A DNA stretch of 64,000 nucleotides from Camelus dromedarius (lineage: Eukaryota): the NCBI RefSeq assembly GCF_036321535.1, contig NC_087436.1, positions 6,138,001 through 6,202,000 on the forward strand, read 5' to 3'. The notes beneath the pieces are model-generated. The model ran no database searches. It saw nothing but the letters and a program-made list of their open reading frames with translations, and was not told the origin of the DNA. Positions 52,650 to 64,000 of the stretch are shown here, piece after piece; the first letter of the stretch is position 1, and the number at the start of each line of letters is the position of its first letter. A program made the translations under genes and the position numbers.

Positions 52650-55430
52650 CTTTTATTCTTATCAGTCTAGCAAAATATCTATTGACTGTGTTGATCTTTA
52701 CAAAGCACTAACTTTTAGCTTCATTGATTTTCTCCACGTTTCTCTCTACTCTTTGGTTGATTTCCACCCTGATTTTATTGCTTCCATCTTCCTCTTATTG
52801 GCATTGGATTTGCTGCTCTGATTTTTCTAGCTTCTTACAGTGAAAGCTGAGATTATTGATTTTAGATCTTTCTTCCTTTCTGCTGTAAGTGCTTAAAGTT
52901 ATAAATCTTCCTCTAACCACAGACGTCTTTCTGTTGTTTATTTCCAAGTCAGTTCTGTTGTGGTTGGCAAATATACTAGTATGATTTCAATCCATTTGAA
53001 ATGATTAAAAACTGTTTTATGTCCTGGCCTAGGATCTACTCTGGAGAATGAGCCACGTGCAGTGAAAATGTGGATTCGGCTGTTGAGTGAAAAGCCATCT
53101 ATATGTCAGGTCAAGTTGGGTGATAGGGTCATTCAAGTCTCTGTATCCTTTTTGTTTTTTTCCCTCTGATTGCCTGGTCAATTATGGCAAGAGGAGTACT
53201 GAAATCTCCAACTAGAATAGTTGAGTTGTCTCTTTCCCTTATGATTATGTCATATTTTTCTTAATATATTTAGGAACTCTGTTTAAGTGCATTTACAGTT
53301 GCTAAATCTCCATGATGTATTGGATACTTTTATCAATAGGAAATGTCCCTTTCTGTCTCTAGCAATATTTCTTGTCTTAAAATTTATTTTGATATTAATA
53401 TAGCTACTTCAGGTTATTTATAGTGGCAGTTTGAATGGAATGTCTTTTTATCATCTTTTACTTTCAATTATTTATTTCATCAAATACAAATAATTTCTCT
53501 AATAGAAAGCTTTCTTATTCACTTTGGCAATCCCTGCCTTTTGATTGGAATGTTTAGATTTACATTTAAGGCAATTACTGTTAGGGTTTGATTTACATTT
53601 TGCTCTTTTTGCTACATCTTATACCTTTTTTATTCCTGATTTACTGCCTTCCTTAGTGATGAACAAGCATGATTAGCTTACCATGTTACATTCTCCGTTG
53701 ACTTTTAGTTTTATGCATAATACACACACAGAATGTTTAATTCTTCATTAACTTTATTTCTCTTTGTCAACACTCTGAATATGTCATTGCATCCTGCCTC
53801 TCGGTCTCCATTGTTTCCTCGAAGAAGCCAGTTGTTAATCATACTATCACAAATCATTTTTGTTCTGCTGCTGTGACGATTTTCTCTTTGTGTTTGGCTT
53901 TCAGCAGTTTGACAGTGTATAGAAGTGTTGTTCTTTTTTTATCATAAAAAAATAAAGAAAATACTAAATATAAGAAAAATTGTACCTAAAATAAAGAAAA
54001 TAAAAATAAAATAAGTGTTTATCTTACTTAGTTTTCATGAGCTTCTGAGATCTGCAGGATTCTATCTTTCATTAAATTTGGCAAGTTTTAGCCATTATTT
54101 CTTCAAATTCTTTTTCTGTTTCTTTGTCTGTCTTCTAGGTGGAGAAAGGAGACAGTTGGGATTCATAGTCGGAACCCCTGGCATTGTCTCTTTGTTGTTC
54201 TTCAATCTTTTTTCTATTGTTTATTGGCTATTTTTTTTTTAACTGATCTAACTCCCATTCACAGTGATTCTTTCTTCTGATGTCTCAAGTCTGCTCCTGA
54301 TCCCCTCTTTCCAGTTGCTGTAATTATTGACTCTAGAATTATTATCTCACTGTCACCTTAATTTACTTTTCTTCTTCAAAGTGTTTCCTTTAATTCTTTG
54401 AACATATGCATAATGGCTGTGTTTCAGTCTTAGCTAAATCTGGCCAATGGACCCATTCAGAGTCAGTTTCTACTGACAGATTCTGCTCCTGGAACTGAAC
54501 ATGAATGAGCCACACTTCGCTGTTTCACTGTATGTCCAGAAGTTTTGTTCGACAGTGTACATTTTAGATAATTTATTGCAGCAACTCTGGAGCCATTCTT
54601 TTTTTTATTCTTGCCTGGATCTAAACTGTAGAATCTACCTGCTCTGTGGTACACAGTCAGATGTCTCTGCTAAGGTTTTCCATCCTTATGTTTATTTTTC
54701 AACTTGGCTTCCTAGGTGTTGCCTTGTGTATCTGCGTAAGAGGTCAGCTAATGCTTTGAGCAAAGGTTTTGTTCAAACAGCTCAAACACATGAGGCTTCT
54801 ACCCTCTGCCAATCTAGCTGCCTGTGGTTTGAGAAATGCATTCAAAGTTGTAGCTGGTTCTCAAGTCTCTCCAGGCTTACTTTTTGTTTGCTTGTTTTTT
54901 TGTTTTGCTGGGCGCTTAGCCCTCTTCTGTACATGCATGGGTCTAAATCAGCCAGTGGGCATGAGAACAGCTTTTCTCAGAACTTCTGTGGCTCCCTCAT
55001 TTCCAGAATTCTCCCCTTGAAACGTCTGGCTGGAATGTACTTCCTGACCATTCCCAACTGAGTTCATCACCACTGTTAATCAGCAAAGCAGGGCGTTTTG
55101 CCTCCTACCCTAAATTGAAATCGAGCCAATCTTCCCCCTTTGACTATAAAGCCACAGATTTTTGCACCCAGCCCCAACCTGTGAAACCAGAGTTCTTGCC
55201 ATTCAAGCAGGGGCTAGCAGTGTGAGCAGTCCCAGGGAGATGGACAGAGAATCCTACTGTTCTTACCCAAAGCTCTCACTGGTTTTTTGGAATTAATACT
55301 TCTCAAATTGTCATTTGCTTTTGGTTAATTTCCGGTGCCTTTAAATGATTGTTTTTGACAATATTGTTCAGTTTTATACTCTTTTTTTTGTGGAGATGAA
55401 TTGCCAAGCTATTCTTACAGCTATTATCCC
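52650..55430 (-). mobile_element. Old L1M, antisense, fragmented (ORF2 to 5' region)
   Basis: T-rich L1-like text: ttgatctttacaaagcactaacttttag; ctggagaatgagccacgtgc; gtactgaaatctccaact; tttttgacaatattgttcagtttt. Confidence 0.7.
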
Positions 55431-55439
55431 ACTGATGTG

Positions 55440-57590
55440 TCAATCTGCAAAAGCAAAATATTAGAGGCAAAAAAATAGGTCAGTGGTTTCCAGGCACTTG
55501 GGGTGGAGAAAATGCCTGACTATAAAGGAGGTAAAAGGGAACTTGTTAGGGCGATGAAAATGTTCTATGCCTTGATTTTTGATTTTGGATACATGACTAT
55601 ATGCATTTGTCAAAATTCATAAAATTGTACATTAGAAAGGGGTGAATTTTACCATAGGTGATTTATACCTTAATAAACCTGGTTTTTTAAATAAAAATTT
55701 AAATGCTATTAAAGGATACAAAGAGGTTTGAACAATTGTAAAGCACAAGTTATTAGTAAAAAGGAAAACTTCACATTGTAAGATGTTCATTCTCTTCAAC
55801 TTAGAGTTTTCAAGATTACAATAGCAAAAAACAATAATGATTTTTTTTTTTTGGAACTAGACACACTGACCTTAAATTTCATACTAAAGATTAATAAGAA
55901 TGTAACATCAAAGGCATGGTCCATGAAGATGTATAGGATAAGATGGTCTTCATTAAAATTAAAAACTTCTGCTCTACAAAAGACGATGTCAAGAGAATGA
56001 GAAGACAAGCCATAAACTGGAAGAAAATATTTGCAAAAGATGTATCTGATAAAGAACTGTTATCCAAAATATACAAAGAACTCTTAAAACCCAACAACAG
56101 CCCAGTTAAAAATTGGGCTAAAATCCTTAACAGACATCTCACCAAAGAAGATATACAGTTGGCAAATAAGCATATGAAAAGACATTTTCCATCCTATGTC
56201 ACCAGGGAAATGCAGATTAAAACAACAACGAGATTCCACTACAAACTTACCAGAATGGCCACAATCCAGAACACTGACAACAGCAAATGCTGGGCAGATT
56301 GTGGACCAACAAGAACTCACATTTATTGCTGGCGAGAATCCAGAATGGTACATACAGCCAAAATGGAACAGTTTTCAATTTTTTTTTTAACAAAAATAAG
56401 CATACCGTTACTGTAATCTAGAAACAGATTCCTTGGTATTCACCCAAAGGAGTTGAAAACGTAAGTCCAAAACACCTACACATGTTTATAGCAGCTTTAT
56501 TTATCATTTCTAAGACTTGAAAGCAACCAAGATGTCCTTCAGGAGGTGAATGGATTGTCTGTGGTACAACAGACAATGGAATATTATCCAGAACCAAAAA
56601 GAAATGAGCTCTGAAGCCATGAAAAGACATGGTGGAAACTTAAATGCATATTACTAAGTGAAAGAAGCCAATCTGAAAAGGCTACACACTTTGACTCCAA
56701 ACTATACGACATTCTGGAAAAAGCAAAGCTATGGAGACAGTAAAAGATCAGTGGCTGCCAGGGGCTGTGGTGAGAGGGAGAAATGCACAGATGGAACACA
56801 GGGGATTTTAGGGCAGTGAAAATACTCTCTATGATACAGTAATGATGAACGCACATCATTGTATCCGTTCAAACCCATAAAGTATATGAGATTAAGAGGG
56901 AACCTGATGTGAACTATGGATGCTGGGTGATAATGATGTGTTGATGGACATTCGCCAAATGTAACGAATGTACCACTCTGGTGGGAGACGCTGAGAATAA
57001 CGGAGGTTGTGCATTATGCAGGTAAGGAGTATATGGAAAATCTCTGCATCTTCCCCCTCAATTTTGCTATAAACCTAAAACTACACCAAAGCACAGTGAG
57101 CTGAACAATATAACCTCTGTATTTGAGCCCCCTACTCACACACACAACCCCGCCACATACTTACACAGACACACATACACACACAAAGTCAAACAAAATG
57201 TCTGAAAATTAAAACCTTGGTGTGGGATGTGGCTAAAAATATTATGGTACTTACATGTCATGGAATATTATGCACCTGTTAAAAATAATGAAGTGCTGAT
57301 GGAAAATAATCTCAAATGTTTACTGTTAAGGCAACATAACAAAGTTCCACATTGTGTGAAGAGCACAGTATTATTTGCTTTTTAAAAAAGAATATGTAAG
57401 TCAATGCTTGCATATACACAGACCAACTCGGGAGGACACAGGAAAAAAACAGAAAGAGTGATTGCTTCCAGGAAAGATAAATAGATAGCCAACAGACAGT
57501 GGTGGGATGGGATATTTACATTTTACAGTATATCATTTATTTTAACTTTTGTCGTCTATTTGCATTACCAATTCAAACAAATAAATGAAA
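55440..57590 (+). mobile_element. Nested L1 fragments; main L1MC-like copy about 55895-57085 with ORF2 C-terminal remnant
   Basis: ORF 55943..56416 (IKIKNFCSTKD...WKKIFAKDVSDKELLSKIYKELLK...LNRHLTKEDIQLANKHMKR) is L1 ORF2, followed by an L1MC-type 3' UTR. Confidence 0.85.
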
Positions 57591-58930
57591 TGCACTGTTA
57601 AGGAAAACTTACACCAATAAAACAATTGTCTTCTTTGAAATCAACAATGATTTGTCTACCTTTATCATAGGCTAAATTACTGCTAAAAGTACAAACTAAA
57701 TATTTGTGATTTTTTTGATTAAGGTGACCAAGGAGAATTACAGAAGCAGGACTGCTATAAAACCAGAAAGTCTAAAACATGTCCGTGCTTTATTTAAAAT
57801 TTGTTTTACACGCAAACACAGCTAGCTTTATCCATCCCCACAATTCCATGTTTTTATATTTACTGTATCACAGTCCTTTGAAGTAAAACTATGCCTTTGA
57901 TGAGTCAGCATTTCATTCAGAAGTCAGGATAATTAGTAGGACGGTAACAATCCCTTTTAGGACAAACACCAGCATTTCTATTTTAAATAGCCAAGTATCC
58001 TTCAAAGAATTCCCCCTGACAGTGCTGAGTGCATCCGTCTACAGATGTGTTGGGAAGCTGCCACAGGAAAGTACCTTCCCGGTGTGAGAACCAATTCCAA
58101 ATCTTGTCTCTCTCCTGAGTACTTTTTTTTAGATCTTTAATCTCAAAAGCCATTCCCTTAAATTGTCCTTGATATGCCATTACTCATTGCTCCCAGATTC
58201 ACTACCATCAACTTGCACTCAAAAAGCTCCAAATCATTGAATCGAAGACAATTTCTTTCCTAAATCTCTCTATACACCTCACTTAACTGATTGGGGCAAT
58301 TCTATCTTTCAACAACCCTACAAAACATTGTAAATATATTTTGCATCTCTAAGCAGAATCTATAATTAGCAAAGACATCAAAGACTTCCTTTACTCAGGA
58401 ACTCGACATTGACTTATTTTGAACGTGTGATGTTGCTGAAAACAATATGTGCTCTAAGGAAATGAGCAGGAGAGAATCAGAAAAGAAAAATGGAGAACAA
58501 ATCTGGTGCAGATTTTTATCTCCCCATATCTGGCTCCCAAAGAATCAAAAGTATTAGAAAGATTAAATATTCAGCTAAAAATGTAACATTTTATTTAATC
58601 TTAAAACATTAGGAAGATATTCAAATATTTCCTTGTTTAATAATTGCAGAAGCAGTTGCTAACTTGGATAGTAACAAACGTGATGTGATTTACAGAATTT
58701 AGGGAAACACTCAATACCATTAACTTTGGTAACATTTTCCAAAGGAAATAGTCCCATATGTTTAGGTAGATAAGCTGAAAACACAATGTTATTCCCAACT
58801 TTTGCACGTAAGGAAAACAATAAATATTAAAACAGAGCCAGATAAACAGGATGGATTTGCCTTCCACATGGAGGAGAGGAGAGGCAAGCTGTAGTGTTGT
58901 TGGTTTGATTTTTAACTGTGTGATTGAGTT

Positions 58931-59565
58931 CAGGCATCCTAAGCTTTTCCTGTAAAAGGAGCAGGTAGGAAATATTTAGATTTTTAGCCACCTGGTCCCT
59001 GCCACCAGTACCCAGCTCTGCTGCTGTAGTCCAAACGCAGCCCTGGGTAACAGGTAAACCAGTGGGTGTGGCTGCATTCAAATAAAACTTTATTTAAGCC
59101 AGAAAGAGAAAGAAAAACACCATATGATTATCACCTCGTATGTGGAATTGAAAAATAGAAAAAAGGAGACACTAATGAACTTACCTATAAGGCAAAAACA
59201 GACTCACAGACATAGTAAACAATCTTATGGTTACTGGGGAGGAAGGGGGATGGGAAGGGATAAACTGGGAGTTCAAGATTTGCAGAGACTAATTATTATA
59301 TATAAAATAGATAAACAATAAGTTTATAATGTATAGCACAAGGAACTATATTCACTATCTTGCAGTAACTTCTGAAAAAGAATATGAAAAGGAATATACG
59401 TAGGTATATGTATGACTGAAAGACGGTGCTGTACACCAGGAACTGACACAACATTGTAAACTGAGTGTGCTTCGATTAAATAAATAAATAAAAATAAAAC
59501 TTTATTTACCAAAGAGGAGGCAGGCTGGCTTAAGTTTGCAGTGTGGGGTAGCTTGCCTACCCCTG
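58931..59565 (+). mobile_element. MER58-like hAT element split by an L1 insertion
   Basis: CAGG...CCTG termini, ttcctgtaaaagg...aatatttag, gggtgtggctgcattcaaataaaactttattta. Confidence 0.8.
59097..59491 (+). mobile_element. 5'-truncated LINE-1 with 17-bp TSD
   Basis: L1 3' UTR with (TAAA)n tail; TSD aaataaaactttattta (59080-59096 / 59492-59508). Confidence 0.92.
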
Positions 59566-59864
59566 ATCTCTGTGATAGAGAGGATAAATTCATAAAGGGT
59601 TAGGGAGAAGTAAATAATAATTGGAAATCCCAAATCTCATCAGCCATGTGCTTTTTGTGACCCCATGGGCGCCCCCGTCTGGTATGACTTGACACCTCTG
59701 TGTTACTGTTTGTTAACCAACCTCTCCCCTCAGACACACATTGATTATAGATGATAGAGCCCATGGATTAATTTATTCTTTTCTTTCTCAATTTATTTTT
59801 TGATCTATTGTGAAGATCGCACGGAAAAAAAAGAAAACCCATAGTGTTTCAGCAAATACTTTAC

Positions 59865-60245
59865 AGAATCCCAGTTGTCTTGCTGGTGATGGTAAATGTT
59901 ACTGCTGGGAGTGTTGGGATGCAGATACATTTTCAAGTTAGCGTTTGTGTTGCCTTTGGATGTATTCCTAGAAGTGGAATGGCCAGATCAATGGATGTTC
60001 TCTTTTTAGTTTTTGAGGAAACGTCCATACTGTTTCCCACAGTGGCTGCACCAATTTATAGTCCCACAAGGGTTCCCTTTTTTCCACATCCTCACCAACG
60101 CTTGTTATTTATTGTCTTTTTGATGATAGCCATTCTGACAGCTGAAAGTTGATAACCCATTATGGTTTTAATTTGCATTTCCCTGATGACCAGTGATGTT
60201 AAACATTTTTTCACATACCTGTTGGCTTTTCATGCATTTTTAATT
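59865..60245 (-). mobile_element. LINE-1 ORF2 3' fragment
   Basis: ggatgtattcctagaagtggaatggcc...ttttgaggaaacgtccatactgttt...aatttgcatttccctgatg. Confidence 0.85.
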
Positions 60246-60924
60246 GAGCTATTTGGAAACGTGGTCAAGAAATTTTACCGCAATTTCTCTAAGAAGTTTT
60301 AAGGAGAGAAGAAATAAGGCATGTTTAAAAAACAAACAAACAAACAAACAAAAAGACAAGGCTGGCAAGCATGAGACTGGCCCCGGGCGGTAGAGGGGGA
60401 CCCTCAGCAATCTCTGTACTTCACCTCTGTACATCCTGGAGAGAGCTGGGGACGGCTCACAGCTGCCTCCCTAAGGGTAGTCAAGGAGGCCCTCCTGCCC
60501 ATCCTGGAAAACATGGGGCCTCAATCTTCCAGTGGGAGAAAGGTCAAACTTACTTTCAGCTCCTTTTGCCTTTTGCACAAAGGGGCAATGGCATGGGTGT
60601 ATACCTACCACCCCGGCTGACATGTTCAGTTTGCCAAAATTTGGGGATTTATTCCTAACGACTAGGAGGGAGCTGGGAGAGTGAAAAAAGAGGAAACCAT
60701 GTTTATTAATGCCACTATGAGTCTTCCACGGAAAGGGCTTCTGCTCTGAAACAGTCGTATGAAGCATACAGCCCGGTAAGTTCCCCCCTTGGTGTACGGT
60801 GGTTATTTGTCAAACACTATAGCCACGTTTGACTGACTGATTTGTAGATTTGACAGTTTCTTAAAAAAACAGTCAAAAAGTAGTTTTGCGCAATCATCTG
60901 GTCCGATTTGCAGTCACTGTTCTA

Positions 60925-61130
60925 AATCTCTTACATATATTATCGCACTTAATCCCCGTGACTACCTTATGGCTCTGATGATGATTGCACTCATTTTACA
61001 GATGAGGAGACTGCAGCTTGAAGGAGATTAAGTAACCTTAGGGTGTGAAAGCCAGTTAGCAGAGGAGCAAGGGTTCGACCCGAAGTCTGACAAGCTCTAA
61101 AGCTCAAGGCTTTGATCATTATTCTACCCA
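60925..61130 (-). mobile_element. MIR
   Basis: cattttacagatgaggagactgcagctt...attaagtaacc core. Confidence 0.7.
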
Positions 61131-62313
61131 CAGCATTGATTTAGAACATCAAGACGCAGACATAGAAAAGGAGACAGTACAGTCGTCCAATAAATAGCAC
61201 AGCTCGTACGCAGTCGTCAAGCTCCGAGTAAGAGAAGACGTTACAAAAGGGAGGGATGATTGCAAAACGTGTCTCAGTGAAATTTTGAAAATTCAGAAAC
61301 ACAAATAGTTGGAGAGAGTTGGGGAATACATTACAGGGATGTGTGGAGAGGAAGAGGGATGAAGACACAAAAGAAGATCAAGAGGCAGGAATGCTTAAAT
61401 GTTCATCATCGAGAGCAGAAACTACGCTGGTCCAATGGGAAAGAAATAAGGAAAATGCAGGCACATGATACCAAAGTATGTGTGACAGGTATAATCCAAG
61501 TCCGCGTGTCCTGGCGACGAGGCTGGACCTTACTACTCAGGAAGCATCTGTTTCTCCTACGGGAGACCAGAAATTAATAACCCTTCTTTGGCAAAAACAA
61601 AAAAGAGAACTGATGGGCACCAGGTTAATGTAAAAGTCAAATATAGTATAATAATTAAAATAAGTGTTATCATCGTGATGAGCAGGGCTGGTGCCTCTCA
61701 AAGCTTATGTTATCCACTGAGCTCAAGCCAAGCCATTCGGTGGAGTTAAAAATGGCAAAGAGGCGGTGAAGGCAAGTGATGAGGGCTGGCGTCAGGATGG
61801 CCACGAGGGCACAGGGCTTCTGGGACCTCCGGCTTCCCAGAAACTCCACTCCTCGTGCTGGTCGAAGGGAACAGAGGGTTGTCATGGAAACATGCTCATC
61901 TTCATCAGAATACCTAAAACGGGACATGCTTGGCACCATTCCTAACTCAGTATCCTGCACGGGGTTCCTTTTTACGTACTCATGGAGCCTGTCTAGGCAC
62001 TGACCAGGCACCAATACTGCCCTTTATGTCAGTAAAAGTGGCTGAACAGACGGGAGGAGGGAGCAGTCAGAGCACTGAGAACTTCCACAAAAGCTGCCCT
62101 CTCTCCCTGTGAATAGAGAGTTCTTTCTCTTTCAAACAAGGCTTTGCATTTTCCATGCATGACTATTTGCTAGAAACAAGAGAAAACATTTCCTCTCCAT
62201 GTACAACGGGAAACTAATATGGACAGAAAAACAAAATCTCTGTACCATGGAAAGAAGTTCGGTAACAATAGAAGTTTGAGCTCTTTCCAGAAAAATGTGC
62301 ACACACCTGCTCA

Positions 62314-62344
<31 letters not shown>

Positions 62345-62356
62345 TTGTGTGTGTGT
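62314..62356. repeat. (GT)n microsatellite, interrupted
   Basis: Direct reading. Confidence 0.95.
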
Positions 62357-62769
62357 TTTCATAAACAGGGGTGGGAGTTGGACACCACTCTGTGTTCACT
62401 CCCACACACAACCTCAGATATCCCCTCTGGTTCTGCAGGGAGAAAATGAGAAAAATTCACTAGTCAGAGTTCTTTACAAACACCATGATGCACCATTACA
62501 AAATGCCTTTGGTAGACCCTGGGCTTTATAAAGGCTCTTGGTAGACTGTTAAGCAGTTCTGTGTGACTATGTGGACACGATGCTTTGACCTCGCTTCCTG
62601 GATTAACCATAAGGAAACAAAGAGCGTCACACTTGCTCACTGCTGCCCTACCTGCAGGCGCGCAAAGCAGAGAAGGCGACTCTGAAAGGAAACAAGAGAA
62701 TGAAATTCTAGAGCAAACCATTCCCCAACACCCAGTTCAGCACCTTGAGTTTTCTGCATGTGGGTCTAT

Positions 62770-63220
62770 TTAATTTGTTCTGAAGCACAGTTGATTTACA
62801 ACGTCTCAAGTGTACAGCAAAGTGATTCAGTCATACGTATATACACACATACATTCCTTTTAAGATTCTTTTCCATTATGGGTTATTACAAGGTAGTGAA
62901 GATAGTTCCCTGTGATATACAATAGGTCCTTGTTTTTTATCTGTTTTATACATAGTAGTGTGTGTCTACTAATCCCAAATTCCTAATTTATCTTTTCCCC
63001 CTTCACCTTTGGTAACCATAAATGTTTTCCATGTCTGTGAGTCTGTTTCTGTTTCGTAAGTTAATTTGTGTCTTTTTTTAGGTTCTTCATGTAAGTGATA
63101 TCATATGGTATTTGTCTTTCTCTGACTTAGTTCGCTTAGTATGATAATCTCTAGGTCCATCCATGTCACTGCCAATGGCATGATTTCATCCTATTTCATG
63201 GCTGAGTGATATTCCATATG
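62770..63220 (-). mobile_element. LINE-1 3' UTR fragment
   Basis: Reverse complement of the L1 tail at 42385-42845. Confidence 0.88.
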
Positions 63221-63239
63221 CTTGTATGTTATCGCACTG

Positions 63240-63680
63240 TGCTGGGACCCTCTCCACATGGCTAGAATGCCAACCTTTCAAACTCACCAGGTTCACCACC
63301 AAACCATTGCTCCCTCCCCTGAAACAACACCTTCTCTTTTCCAAGTTTGGATGACAGCAGTATCACTCTCCAAGGGTATACAGCTCTGTAGTGCCCTCAC
63401 CTTTCCCCACTCATCCTTCAAGTCAAACAGGGGCCATCTCCCACCACTTCCTGCTCCTCTAGCCATGATCTGATTTCAGACTTTCAGCATCTCTTCCCTG
63501 GAAAATCACAGTAACTTCTTACTTGGTCTTCCAATCTCTCTGGTCTCCCCCTTTTGGTTCCTCCTTCACGCAGCTGCCACAGTCTTAGATTTGGTAATAT
63601 TAATTCTCTATTTGGACGCTCATAATGATTCCTTACTGCCAACAGCACGATTTCCTTGGGAAATCAAGTTTGGCTCCTGT
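63240..63680 (+). mobile_element. L2 fragment
   Basis: ccttttcaaactc-like start, catctcttccctggaaaatcacagtaacttcttacttggtcttcc...cagctgccacagt. Confidence 0.6.
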
Positions 63681-64000
63681 GAGGATGCTTTTAAGCAATG
63701 AGGGAAAAGGAAGGAAAGAGGTAAGGGCAGAGACATCGGAAAGAATAAAAAATATCTCAAAATCTACAAATGACTTCAAATTTGGTTTTGTGTTTTATTT
63801 GTGTAGGTTTAATATTGTACAAAACAATCCTATTTAGGGAAATAAGAAAACATGTATATATCAGCTTATTTTTGTGAAAACAATCAAAAGAAGAATAAAT
63901 CTGAAACTGTGATGTAATTGGTTACAAGAGAAAAATGTAGATTCGATTGAAATGTTAACTTTTTCTGAATTTCCAAAACTGTACCATGGTTATGTAAGAG

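Noticed and set aside
54501..55061. Longest ORF (186 aa)
   Set aside because: It lies antisense within an old L1M, has a C/F/L/S-rich composition typical of spurious frames, and shows no recognisable domain.
55943..56416. 157-aa ORF as a gene
   Set aside because: It is a decayed, truncated LINE-1 ORF2 C-terminal fragment.

Overview
Gene-poor, repeat-rich mammalian DNA, very probably camelid (alpaca/llama/camel), judged from five tRNA-derived Vic-1-type SINEs. I find no supportable host protein-coding gene, RNA gene or CRISPR array; the ORFs I can recognise are decayed LINE-1 ORF2 pieces or reading frames across repeats. The window is a layered record of mobile elements: ancient L2, MIR, L1M, MaLR and hAT relics, plus younger L1 3' fragments, SINEs and solo ERV LTRs, several with readable target-site duplications (TSDs). 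The most notable structures are a dense LTR cluster at about 16.9-26.6 kb that includes an inverted LTR pair, an intact solo LTR carrying NF-Y/ETS/SP/octamer motifs, three 5'-inverted (twin-primed) L1 insertions and a strong CTCF-like site. I see no evidence for a genuinely new biological system. Subfamily names are from memory of repeat consensus sequences, not from a search, and boundaries without a TSD are approximate.
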